NCBI GenBank assembly: GCA_051439505.1
Contig: JBFRWI010000162.1
Location: 1-50,560 of the forward strand
DNA: 50,560 nt
Direction: 5' to 3'
DNA from: Hormoscilla sp.
Lineage (GTDB): Bacteria > Cyanobacteriota > Cyanobacteriia > Cyanobacteriales > Desertifilaceae
The notes below the pieces were generated by a model. That model saw only the letters and a list, made by a program, of their open reading frames with translations, did no database searches and was not told the DNA's origin. Shown piece after piece: positions 18,588-27,276 of this stretch; positions within the stretch are counted from its first letter, which is position 1, and every line of letters begins with the position of its first letter. Made by a program: the position numbers and the translations under genes.

Positions 18588-19132
18588 GCTTCCAATCCTG
18601 GGATGACCATCTGAATAATGACAGGGATGCCAGCTAGCTGCCGTGCTCGCTCTAACGCTTCAGCAGTTGGGGAGGAGCACCAGGAAATGCAATCTAGTAA
18701 CTGGCGTTTGGTGCTCGTTAGTCCAGTGATGACAAGACCCATCCCCTGACGAACAACCCGGGATTTCCCCAGCAGCTCAGTGCGAGTCAGATAGCGGGCC
18801 CACTTTTTGGCAGTTCCATTGTCACCACACCAAATCACGCTACTCGTGCGGTCTACTGCAATCTCGATCGCGATAATGTCAATCTGTTCGGTACCGTAGC
18901 AAGCCGCAATAGCACCGGTGGGATGCTTGTGCCGCTCGATCCAGCTCCGAACAATAGTTCCCTTAATCCGATCGCGCTTACTGTAGCCCTTTGACAATGT
19001 CACCTCACGGCCTGGAATGCATTTAGCCAGAGTGAACTGACCGACGCCAGCCCGGCGGTACTCAATCCGTTTACTGCCGTTCAGGAATGTCTGATAATAT
19101 TCCGACTTGAGAGGGATAAAAATTGGTTTCAT
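18554..19132 (-). CDS. ASCH/PUA-like domain protein
   Basis: N-terminal IPLKSEYYQTFLNGSKRIEYR matches the ASCH GxKxxExR motif. Confidence 0.75.
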   Translation of the reverse strand: MKPIFIPLKSEYYQTFLNGSKRIEYRRAGVGQFTLAKCIPGREVTLSKGYSKRDRIKGTIVRSWIERHKHPTGAIAACYGTEQIDIIAIEIAVDRTSSVIWCGDNGTAKKWARYLTRTELLGKSRVVRQGMGLVITGLTSTKRQLLDCISWCSSPTAEALERARQLAGIPVIIQMVIPGLEAWGQPQEVWQC

Positions 19133-19134
19133 GA

Positions 19135-19661
19135 TTATCTCCGAACTCGCGGTTTAATACGTTCATTGATTTTGTCTCTTGTGACTTTAGCGTCTTTTGC
19201 CATGATCCATAGTAGCCAATTGAAGACTAGGCAAGTATCAGAAGCAAAACAAAGCAAAACTGAACCGATCAAAGAATTTAAGAAATCTGTAAAAACCCGT
19301 AAGGCGCAGTAGCTTGAGTAGATATTCAGGCCATAAGCAGCTCCGATCATCCCAAATAAAAACGTAGATTGTAGACAAAGGCCAAAGAGCCTTAGCCCTT
19401 TGTCTAATTCTTCTTTGACCTCTATTATATCATTCAAGGTATCGTTGAGAATTAACGCCCATACTGTCGAATGAGTAAGAAGAGCCCCGACTGAGGTTGA
19501 GACTGTTGAGATAATAATAGATATCCCCATCGCTACCATGGAATTTATTCCAATGGTGGCTTCTACCCACTTATAAGAATATTGGGCATCAATGACGATC
19601 GCAACACCTGCGGAAACGAAGCAGGCGAAGGATCCAAATCTATAAATCCATACTCCCCTCA
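19135..19661 (-). CDS. Multi-pass membrane protein (likely start near MRGVW; track ORF extends to 19749)
   Basis: About four hydrophobic segments; follows the ATPase gene; AGGAG upstream of the likely start. Confidence 0.65.
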
Positions 19662-19663
19662 TT

Positions 19664-20887
19664 TTACACTCCTGTAATTTCTTTGTATTGTACTCTAGCG
19701 TCCTGATAACGTTTACCCTCTCCTTTTGTACAGTTCCAGAGCATCTCAATAATCTGGGTTTGGTTGTGTCTCTCCTTTAATTTATTAATCAGCTCTAGTG
19801 CCTGCTGCCTTGTTAAGTTCAAGTCCGTATAAGACGGTTCTGACGGTTCTGAACCATCCCTAGAACTGCTGAACCCTACGCGCCGCAAGGGTTCTAGCGG
19901 TTCGGATGGCTGATTCCTCGGTTCCACAGTTCTGCTTGCTGGGGCTTCTGGTTCTAACTGATAGAGCCGTTCAAGTTGTCTCTTGATGTCAGGCTTTGAA
20001 GCAGTGAAAACCTCTTTCACTTCATGGGGGACTAATTCTATCGTAATCGGAGCCGATCGCACTGGTTCAATATTGCGGGGAACCATCCCTTGAGGGCGAA
20101 ATACTACATGATGACCATGGGTAGGATGTCGATACTGCACCGACTCAAAGACACATGGATAAGCGACCTTCTGTAAGCTCTGGGGCATGTATTTCTTGAT
20201 ATCTTGGCAGTTGTAAATCATCTTGCCCAGATAAATGATGGAGTAGTTACACCGAAGGTAACTATCAATTCCTGCCTCTTTAACATTCGGTGAGTGCATG
20301 ATGAAAATGACAGCCTTATTAAACTTTCGACAAGCAACAGAAAACAGCTTGATGAATTTATCTGCTAGCCCTTTAGTCTTTCCACTCAGATTTAAATCGT
20401 GACAACGGATTTGTATCCAGTCATCACAAATGATGATTATTGGTGAAGTGTCCCTTTCTTCGATACTTGTCATCAAAATTTGCATCTGAGCAAAAATGTT
20501 TTCCATGGAGACAATCCGATAAGCCCCTCCCCAGTCGGCGTTCGGGTCGTTGTGAGGGTCGAAGACGATCACGGCGGCATCTTTTAAAAAATTGCTTATC
20601 AGATATCGTGCAAGAGAACTTTTTGCAGCCCCTTGATTCCCCACGATGAGAATTCCTTGATTAGAGGCCATTATTTCTTGAGCGGGGAATTCGTGCAGCT
20701 CATGGCTACTAGAATCTGGGGAGCCCGATACACCTGTTGAGGCTTCAGGGGCTGGGGGGAGGTAACCGATTGGCATTGACCCTGGCAAAGCCTTCTGGTC
20801 CTTTTCTTTTTCTCTGTACAGCCAGAGAATAAAGGATGTTGGGCCCCCGACCCATAGCAAAATAAGGAGGGCGAAAATGATTGGCAT
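19664..20887 (-). CDS. Membrane-anchored FtsK/HerA-like P-loop ATPase
   Basis: N-terminal TM, Walker A GNQGAAKS, Walker B IIIICDD, RKF arginine-finger-like motif; GGAG RBS before MPIIF. Confidence 0.7.
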   Translation of the reverse strand: MPIIFALLILLWVGGPTSFILWLYREKEKDQKALPGSMPIGYLPPAPEASTGVSGSPDSSSHELHEFPAQEIMASNQGILIVGNQGAAKSSLARYLISNFLKDAAVIVFDPHNDPNADWGGAYRIVSMENIFAQMQILMTSIEERDTSPIIIICDDWIQIRCHDLNLSGKTKGLADKFIKLFSVACRKFNKAVIFIMHSPNVKEAGIDSYLRCNYSIIYLGKMIYNCQDIKKYMPQSLQKVAYPCVFESVQYRHPTHGHHVVFRPQGMVPRNIEPVRSAPITIELVPHEVKEVFTASKPDIKRQLERLYQLEPEAPASRTVEPRNQPSEPLEPLRRVGFSSSRDGSEPSEPSYTDLNLTRQQALELINKLKERHNQTQIIEMLWNCTKGEGKRYQDARVQYKEITGV

Positions 20888-20917
20888 TGTTAAACTCCAA
20901 GGTGAGTGGTTGATTGT

Positions 20918-20957
20918 GAGGCTTGTAAAAGACGACTTTAACAAGCCTCTATTTTTT
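20918..20957. terminator. Hairpin with T-tract between the ParR-like and ATPase genes
   Basis: GAGGCTTGT...ACAAGCCTC followed by TATTTTTTT on the + strand. Confidence 0.55.
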
Positions 20958-21284
20958 TCAACTTCCTAAGAGAGCATCCAAGTCTGAGATTGCATCATGG
21001 TTGCTCCTTGATACCAGTGTGGTACCAGCCTGACTATCGTTGGTGCCAGACCGACTGCTGTCAGTGTCAGGTTGATTGCTATTGGAGCTAAACTGACTGG
21101 CGATCGAAAAACGCAAATGCGGCTCACCCTCAAGCCAAGCTATAAGCTGCTCACCGGTCTTGTCGAACACAAATGATGCTGCTGCTGACATTGACGAATC
21201 ACCTATCAAAGGTTTAATCCTCTTCAGTAAAGCCCGATCGCGCTCATGCAGATGGAGCTGGGTGGGAATGCGTGGCTCGTTCAT
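20958..21284 (-). CDS. Putative ParR-like adaptor (small DNA-binding protein)
   Basis: Translationally coupled downstream of ParM; RHH-like N-terminus and disordered tail. Confidence 0.5.
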   Translation of the reverse strand: MNEPRIPTQLHLHERDRALLKRIKPLIGDSSMSAAASFVFDKTGEQLIAWLEGEPHLRFSIASQFSSNSNQPDTDSSRSGTNDSQAGTTLVSRSNHDAISDLDALLGS

Positions 21285-22264
21285 TAGGCCGCCTCAATAC
21301 TCTGCTTGTGTTCTTCTCCCAGGACCATGCCCCGGACATTTGCAAACCTGGGATCCCCGATGACGGCAAAGGTAGAAAGACCCTTGACCCTGTCCGCAAT
21401 CAGCATGCTGCTCCCTCCCGTTAGTACGAATTTGACAATCCGTGCTCGCTGGGGTTCATACTGAGCCTTGACAGCCCCGACAATTCCCCCAAACCAAGGG
21501 GTAAGGTATTCGTCCAACCACGGCTTCCATGTAGCATCAGCCTGAAACCCGTAATAATGGCTACCATTTGCAAAACCGTCCATAATCACGCCGGCATGGG
21601 GGCGGGTTCCTAACACTTTGGTTAGACGAGTGTCGAAACTAATTGAGCTGGCAAGGTCATAAGCTCCACCCTTGAGGTCAACTGATTGATCAAGGATCTG
21701 GCCAGAGGCATTAAAAAGTCTTGTCAGCGAAGTCCCGCCCCCAATATCAAGGAGGATTGTGTAACCTTCGAGGGGAATTAACCCTTCTGCTTTAGCTTGT
21801 CGCCAAGCTCCCAATCCTTCAGGCTCTACTGTTACATCCTCAATGTGGGCGATGTACTTGCTGCGGTTCCGCGAAAATACGTGACATCCTTGTAGTTGTT
21901 TCTTGATGTCAGCAGCGACAATGCCAGGGGTTGGGTGGGACGTTCGGACGGAAAGCTGGAATTCTTTAGGCAGAAAATCACAGCACGCCAATACTGACAG
22001 CAAAACATTTTTAGACTTATCTCCTTCCACTGCATGGGATTGCTTGCGATATTCGTAAGCTCCGACGCCAACGTGCCACTGCTGACCCTGATATTCAATC
22101 AGAGGACTATTGGGCTTTCCTTCTAAGGGCTGCCGTCCTTGAGGTAACTGAAATTGAATCGATCGGATAGCACGGGTCTTCCTCCCATCCCAAAACTTCA
22201 GTTCGTAATTGCCGATATCGACAAAAAGTTTTATTTTAGTCAGTTTGTTCATCTTTTCCCTCAA
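21284..22264 (-). CDS. parM: ParM/StbA actin-like partition ATPase
   Basis: VDIGNYELK, EPEG.GA, LLDIGGGT, LTGGSS, FANVRG actin-fold motifs. Confidence 0.88.
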   Translation of the reverse strand: MREKMNKLTKIKLFVDIGNYELKFWDGRKTRAIRSIQFQLPQGRQPLEGKPNSPLIEYQGQQWHVGVGAYEYRKQSHAVEGDKSKNVLLSVLACCDFLPKEFQLSVRTSHPTPGIVAADIKKQLQGCHVFSRNRSKYIAHIEDVTVEPEGLGAWRQAKAEGLIPLEGYTILLDIGGGTSLTRLFNASGQILDQSVDLKGGAYDLASSISFDTRLTKVLGTRPHAGVIMDGFANGSHYYGFQADATWKPWLDEYLTPWFGGIVGAVKAQYEPQRARIVKFVLTGGSSMLIADRVKGLSTFAVIGDPRFANVRGMVLGEEHKQSIEAA

Positions 22265-22728
22265 AATATCTCTAAATAACCATTAGGATCAACCGTCACC
22301 AATCCACGCTTCTCTAGTTCCAAAAATGCAGCAATATAATGATTTGCTGCCGGAACCCCCTCGTACCCATCCAAAAACTCATCTTTGGATATTGATCCTT
22401 CAGCTAAGTTAATCTCTAAATCTCGTAAGACCTCCCGTTCTGCGACAGAGTCGAAGCGGAAGATCCTGGCTTCTCTTAGCTGTTGATGAAATTTAGTTAC
22501 TCGCTCCTGCTCGGTCCGACTACGCTGATAAAAGCCGCCGACAACTATCTCACGAGCCAAGAACTGACAGACTACACGTGTTAGCTCTAGCTCAATGCAG
22601 GAGTGCTCTAATATCCCCATGTCGATAAAAGACTTGAAGAGATTGGCACTTAGTTCTTCAATGGTGGTTTTCCTCATGGACTTACCTTGGCCTCCTCTTC
22701 TTTGAGCGCATGTAAACGATTGGCGCAC
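22261..22728 (-). CDS. Hypothetical protein
   Basis: Co-oriented, overlapping start/stop with neighbours. Confidence 0.6.
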   Translation of the reverse strand: MRQSFTCAQRRGGQGKSMRKTTIEELSANLFKSFIDMGILEHSCIELELTRVVCQFLAREIVVGGFYQRSRTEQERVTKFHQQLREARIFRFDSVAEREVLRDLEINLAEGSISKDEFLDGYEGVPAANHYIAAFLELEKRGLVTVDPNGYLEIF

Positions 22729-23027
22729 CAGACTGCCAGATTGAGATTGTCGCGATCGGTGAGCTGCCCCTGCTTGCGCGTCGCCTTTTCTTCATAGCCA
22801 AAAATGACTAGCCAATTCACTTGTTTAGCCTTGGCTTTCATCGCTAAGCAGGAATTACCTTCAAGCAAACAATCCTCACTACCACAATGGTTGATCGCCT
22901 GTCGCAAGGTCATATTTGTTAACCAAGCAAAGGATAGAACCTCCATCCAACCCCACAACTGAGTTTCGCTTGCTTGCTGCCAATACTTTTGACCTAACAG
23001 GTTCTCAAACCCTTTAGGGATTTTCAT
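22674..23027 (-). CDS. Hypothetical protein
   Basis: GAGGAGG RBS; co-oriented. Confidence 0.65.
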   Translation of the reverse strand: MKIPKGFENLLGQKYWQQASETQLWGWMEVLSFAWLTNMTLRQAINHCGSEDCLLEGNSCLAMKAKAKQVNWLVIFGYEEKATRKQGQLTDRDNLNLAVWCANRLHALKEEEAKVSP

Positions 23028-23102
23028 CGTTGTCCTCCTCTGTTTGCCGATTGGGTGTGGCCTGTTTTCAACAAGACCCCACCTCTCCTATCATCTACCC
23101 CC

Positions 23103-23453
23103 TCACTGGGATAAGGTTGAGGGCAAGCCCTCCCGACTTTTGGCTACCATTAGCTTGTATCGTTCTCGATCGCTTTCAGCCTGAGTGATACTCTCCATAA
23201 CATGACGATCCAGCATGGCTTCGGTGATCAAAGCCAAATCATAGAGAAGCATGAGATCCACACATCTTAGAGTTTCTGGTTCCATTAGCCTGTCAGCCTC
23301 GCGAAGCATCTTAATTGCTACGCGGAAACCATCTGAGATAATTTCCCCCACCTCTTCAGGACTGTAATGTTTGTGATCAAGCAACCGAGAAACCCTTATC
23401 AGATCAATATGATCCGATGCATTATCATTTTCAACCTTGTATTTTTGGCACAT
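23103..23453 (-). CDS. Hypothetical protein
   Basis: Tightly packed in the leftward operon. Confidence 0.6.
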   Translation of the reverse strand: MCQKYKVENDNASDHIDLIRVSRLLDHKHYSPEEVGEIISDGFRVAIKMLREADRLMEPETLRCVDLMLLYDLALITEAMLDRHVMESITQAESDRERYKLMVAKSREGLPSTLSQ

Positions 23454-23455
23454 AA

Positions 23456-23806
23456 TTACTCACTGTCACAAAATTCGCGACTCAACCACAAAATCCGCTG
23501 GCCTGCCCAGCACAAAAACTCGTGCAAGTCTACTATGTCAAAATCTTGTTCATCAAACTCTTCTATGAGATGACTATCAAGTGTCAGAGCTCCTTTAGGT
23601 GGGTAGGGCCGATCCCATGGGTCTGTATAGCTGACCGCTGACCCAATACCTCCATAAGCAGCGGGTATCCTAAGATACGAGCAAACCCCTTCCGTCCAAA
23701 CCAGCAGTTTTTTGATGCTGAGGGATTCCCAATAATCTCGGGAACAGAATTCAAACAAATGCCCGTCTGGCATCAGCGGTTCTTTATCTAATGTGATCCT
23801 TGGCAT
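23456..23806 (-). CDS. Hypothetical protein, paralogue of 23810-24199
   Basis: Shared LDK.P..P...LFEFC..DYW.SL and EFL.W....LWL.R. Confidence 0.7.
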   Translation of the reverse strand: MPRITLDKEPLMPDGHLFEFCSRDYWESLSIKKLLVWTEGVCSYLRIPAAYGGIGSAVSYTDPWDRPYPPKGALTLDSHLIEEFDEQDFDIVDLHEFLCWAGQRILWLSREFCDSE

Positions 23807-23809
23807 TAC

Positions 23810-24199
23810 TTACTTCTCCCAAATGATGCTACGAAATAGCCACAAGAGCTGACGACTCCCCCAGTTAAGGAACTCAAAGAAATGTTCAATCTCAAAGTTT
23901 TTGCCATGAAAATATTCCCAAACATGCCCTGAACCACTGAGATCAATTTGTAGCTCATCAAGAATGACCCCAAATCTGGCAGAAAGCCCTTCAACTTCTT
24001 CTTCTTCGAGGTCAAGAACGATTGTGGCCCTGATCACTTCATCAATGTACGAGCTGAGCGCATGGATCCATCGGGCCAACTGTACGCTGTCGAGAGATCG
24101 CCAGTAATCCTGGGGGCAAAATTCAAACAACCCCTTGGCTGGTATCTGCGGCGCCTTGTCTAATATGACTCCTGACATTACTGATATCCTCCTGCCCAT
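23810..24199 (-). CDS. Hypothetical protein, paralogue of 23456-23806
   Basis: Same shared motifs. Confidence 0.7.
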   Translation of the reverse strand: MGRRISVMSGVILDKAPQIPAKGLFEFCPQDYWRSLDSVQLARWIHALSSYIDEVIRATIVLDLEEEEVEGLSARFGVILDELQIDLSGSGHVWEYFHGKNFEIEHFFEFLNWGSRQLLWLFRSIIWEK

Positions 24200-24381
24200 C
24201 GCTTCCTTGCCCTTGCCGGACCCCAGTATAGGTTGGCTCCCTTCGTCCGGGCCCTTTCGAGTCGCCTCATGTACTCGCCCACAATCTTTGCCACCGTTTC
24301 TTGGTCAAGGTAGACCTTATCTCCCACGTAAGCACTCATCGTTACCTTGAACTCTGCCTTTTCTGTCATGTCCCTTACCAA
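24178..24381 (-). CDS. Small hypothetical protein
   Basis: First gene after the structured spacer downstream of the repressor. Confidence 0.5.
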   Translation of the reverse strand: MVRDMTEKAEFKVTMSAYVGDKVYLDQETVAKIVGEYMRRLERARTKGANLYWGPARARKRWAGGYQ

Positions 24382-24547
24382 TTTTGTTTGCTTATGAGGG
24401 GGTACTCAGGTACTCCCTCTCTTTCTCATCTGCATGTAGACACCGGTAGTTAGGCTACCTGCTCTAACCAGGGCCTGTTTTGTTTACTGCTCGGGTGGGG
24501 GTATCCTAATACCCCCACTTCTTCGATCCTGCACGCTGTCACCGGTG

Positions 24548-25033
24548 CTATATCTTCTCCTGCTCGCCCTCTGGTGATTCCGATTTTTTAGATTGCGGAT
24601 AGTCATCCGGGATGCCAGTGGTATCAATGCCAAAGGCTCCGCATAGTGCCTTGAGTGAAACATTAAGCTTCCTCGCGGCAGAGATAACTGTTGCAACAGG
24701 AGTCATCTCCAAACTGTGAATCTCCTCTACAGACCTGTGTTCATTTGATGGCCCTGGCCGCTGACCGGTAGGCTCTCTCCTTAAAACGTCGTCAATCTCC
24801 ACTCCCATAATCTGAAAAAAGACATCAAGAGATATTTCACACATCCGGCAAGCACTGACGATTTGCTCAAGGGTGAACTTTGGCAATGTCTTTCCAGACA
24901 GCCATCTACGATAAGTAGACATTGAGATCCCGAGATTAACGACGAATTCCTCTCGTGACATGTCAGTATGATCGACCCTCAACATTTCCAACGGGGCATC
25001 ACCTTCTCTTGTGTGGTTTTCTTCTTTCTCCAT
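24548..25033 (-). CDS. XRE-family HTH repressor-like regulator
   Basis: MSREEFVVNLGISMSTYRRWLSGK HTH; second partial HTH (AARKLNVSLKAL); sits at the divergence point of the two arms. Confidence 0.8.
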   Translation of the reverse strand: MEKEENHTREGDAPLEMLRVDHTDMSREEFVVNLGISMSTYRRWLSGKTLPKFTLEQIVSACRMCEISLDVFFQIMGVEIDDVLRREPTGQRPGPSNEHRSVEEIHSLEMTPVATVISAARKLNVSLKALCGAFGIDTTGIPDDYPQSKKSESPEGEQEKI

Positions 25034-25083
25034 TATATACTGTAACTGTCATTCTGGCTAGTCAAAAAGATTTTTAATTGGGG

Positions 25084-25112
25084 TTGACATTTTCTCTATG
25101 ACCATCCATAAT
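25084..25112 (+). promoter_or_regulatory. Sigma70-type promoter for the rightward arm
   Basis: TTGACA (25084-25089), 17 nt, CATAAT (25107-25112); a structured hairpin begins 8 nt downstream. Confidence 0.75.
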
Positions 25113-25119
25113 GAATATA

Positions 25120-25436
25120 GGTAGACAACACACCCCTAGAGACTGGCACGGCAGATACCCGACGACCAGTTCATAAGGGGATTGTCTACCGAAAGCCCTA
25201 AGTTGTCAGCCCACAAGGGGTTGAGAGTCCAAAGAGTCAAGTTCGTTACTTGTCGGGCCCACCTAAAGGCGGACAGCTAGGAAAAACCTTAAATTGTTAC
25301 CCTGTAAGGGTCTGAGCGCCCAGAGACTCAAGCACACCACTTGTTGGGCCCACCAGAACAGCTAGCGATTAAGGACTCTAAAACAACAGGCAAGCACCGG
25401 CAGGTCAAAGGATAAGCGCCTTCACTTGCACCGGTG
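25120..25436 (+). ncRNA. Putative structured RNA / long 5' leader with a tandem-duplicated motif
   Basis: Nested stems GGTAGACAA/TTGTCTACC, CCCCT/AGGGG, ACTGG/CCAGT; two similar ~80-nt units at 25199-25280 and 25290-25365; further CACCGG/CCGGTG stem; no ORF. Confidence 0.55.
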
Positions 25437-25530
25437 GAAGGATTAAAGCTGATGTAGTTATTGCGATCGGCTAAAGCAGGCATGGACTCTGTCCAGCCAA
25501 AAACGTGACTTAAATATCTCAGGAGTAAAA

Positions 25531-25797
25531 ATGAGCGAGTCTTTGAACGTGACCATAGAGTTGCCTTGCGATTACGACAAGGAAATGCCCCCAGTTACTG
25601 TGACGATCGTGCCCCCCGGGGAAAAGCCAGGCTATCCAAAGCCAACACCCATATATGAGATAGGCGAAGCCGTGGACCCCGAAGGCGGGATAACAACCAC
25701 GGACAAACCGGTGGAACCGGTTAAGCCCCCAGCAGAACCCATCAAGCCCCTGGCAGAGCCTGCCAAGGCATCCGGTTCTAAAGTCGAAGCTAAGTAG
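25531..25797 (+). CDS. Pro-rich small hypothetical protein
   Basis: AGGAG RBS; first gene of the rightward arm. Confidence 0.7.
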   Translation: MSESLNVTIELPCDYDKEMPPVTVTIVPPGEKPGYPKPTPIYEIGEAVDPEGGITTTDKPVEPVKPPAEPIKPLAEPAKASGSKVEAK

Positions 25798-25980
25798 GAA
25801 AAGACAAGGGGGCGACCTGGCGCGCAGGGGGAAGAAAGCTAGAACAACACTAGCGAAACGAGGGCTGAGTAGGCACCACAACCTACCGTTATCCCACTAA
25901 CGATCTATGCGAGTTGGGCGGTTTTAACCGGGCGTAAATGACAATCCCTCTCCCAAAATTCAACACACAATCGAGGCTAT

Positions 25981-26409
25981 ATGCAATTACAGCGGCGAAA
26001 TGCGAAAACTGACCTAATCCATGTCAGAGAAGAAAACGATTCAGACACTCTGATCATGCGCGGGCATGGCCCTTGGATGCCCGGTCGGAATTTCAACCCA
26101 AACGTCGGAACGTACTATGACGCCAACTTGTTTGTTATGCACGTAGAAGAGAATGGGCAACACAAATTCATGGCGCGGCTCGATCAGGATGGCAACGCTC
26201 CGATGGGCAGCGGTGGAACGAGTCCCTCAGTTTGGGGAGTTCTTTCAATTTGGAATGATCAAGGGCAGTTAGTTTTCCAACAAGGCTTACTAAATGACAG
26301 CCCCACTGGCTTTGTTCCTCCCGGAGCCTATGTTTTTCATGCAACCTACGAGATCCCTGGGCAACCGAATACACGGCGCTTTGCGGAATTTGAGGCCGCT
26401 TTAATCTAG
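25981..26409 (+). CDS. Hypothetical protein
   Basis: GAGG RBS; co-oriented. Confidence 0.65.
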   Translation: MQLQRRNAKTDLIHVREENDSDTLIMRGHGPWMPGRNFNPNVGTYYDANLFVMHVEENGQHKFMARLDQDGNAPMGSGGTSPSVWGVLSIWNDQGQLVFQQGLLNDSPTGFVPPGAYVFHATYEIPGQPNTRRFAEFEAALI

Positions 26410-26495
26410 CTCGATTGATTTAGCATCAACTAATTAGCCAGGCTGCGGGGTGAACCAAAAAGGGACGCTGGCATAACAAAACCCGCCCATGATTT

Positions 26496-26852
26496 ATGTT
26501 TAAGGTTGTCATCAAACTTTTTGAACCAGCCGTACATCTTGACCGAGTACGAAAAGAGCAACTAGCAGACCCTTTCAATCATCCGGATCGCTATCGTCTT
26601 TCACTCGGACTTATGGAAGTCCTGGATGGAGTCCCCTATTGTAAAGAGTCACGAAAAAAAGATTTTTATGCATTTCCTGACAATTTTTGCCCACGATACC
26701 TGGGAGAATATCCAGCGATAATCCTTGGGCTAAACGGATCAGAACTTTTCGGTGAGGATCGATTCTTACAATACGATCGGACTCCCGTAATCTTGCCATC
26801 TGTTTTTAACCTTCCACTCCCGCTAATAAAGAAGTTAAGAGAGCGAGACTGA
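26496..26852 (+). CDS. Hypothetical protein
   Basis: Co-oriented ORF. Confidence 0.6.
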   Translation: MFKVVIKLFEPAVHLDRVRKEQLADPFNHPDRYRLSLGLMEVLDGVPYCKESRKKDFYAFPDNFCPRYLGEYPAIILGLNGSELFGEDRFLQYDRTPVILPSVFNLPLPLIKKLRERD

Positions 26853-26859
26853 AAATATC

Positions 26860-27147
26860 ATGAAAGAAAACAATCGTTATTTTGTTTGTAGTCCCCCAGG
26901 AATGCCCAATCAATTCCTGACCGTGACAGCGGACCAAGCTAAACGAATAGAGAGAGATCCTCTATATCTAAACTCTAAAACTCCTGTCAGCGATTGGGCT
27001 TTTGATAGATTGTCCGAAATATTTGAAAAGGATGGACAAATGTTTTATGACTTCCAGGAGCTGTCTCAAGAGGAAGGAGACAAGCTCCAAATAATGAGGG
27101 ACGTTTTAAATGGTCTAATCAAACCGAAAGATCCAAATGCAAAATAA
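26860..27147 (+). CDS. Hypothetical protein
   Basis: Co-oriented ORF. Confidence 0.6.
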   Translation: MKENNRYFVCSPPGMPNQFLTVTADQAKRIERDPLYLNSKTPVSDWAFDRLSEIFEKDGQMFYDFQELSQEEGDKLQIMRDVLNGLIKPKDPNAK

Positions 27148-27247
27148 TAACTATCGAGGAGAACTCGCTGATACAATAGTAATTGTCAGTTCCTTAATAA
27201 TCTTCGCCATCCCACTATTTCTAGTAATATCCAGCATGTTACATTGA
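27137..27247 (+). CDS. 36-aa single-pass membrane peptide, not in the ORF track
   Basis: MQNNNYRGELADTIVIVSSLIIFAIPLFLVISSMLH; start overlaps the end of the previous gene. Confidence 0.5.
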   Translation: MQNNNYRGELADTIVIVSSLIIFAIPLFLVISSMLH

Positions 27248-27276
27248 ACAGGTGATATGAGCGATTCAAGAGGGGA

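Noticed and set aside
25199..25365. Hammerhead ribozyme, TPP or glycine riboswitch
   Set aside because: TGAG is present, but the hammerhead CTGANGA...GAAA core and the TPP and glycine consensus motifs are missing.
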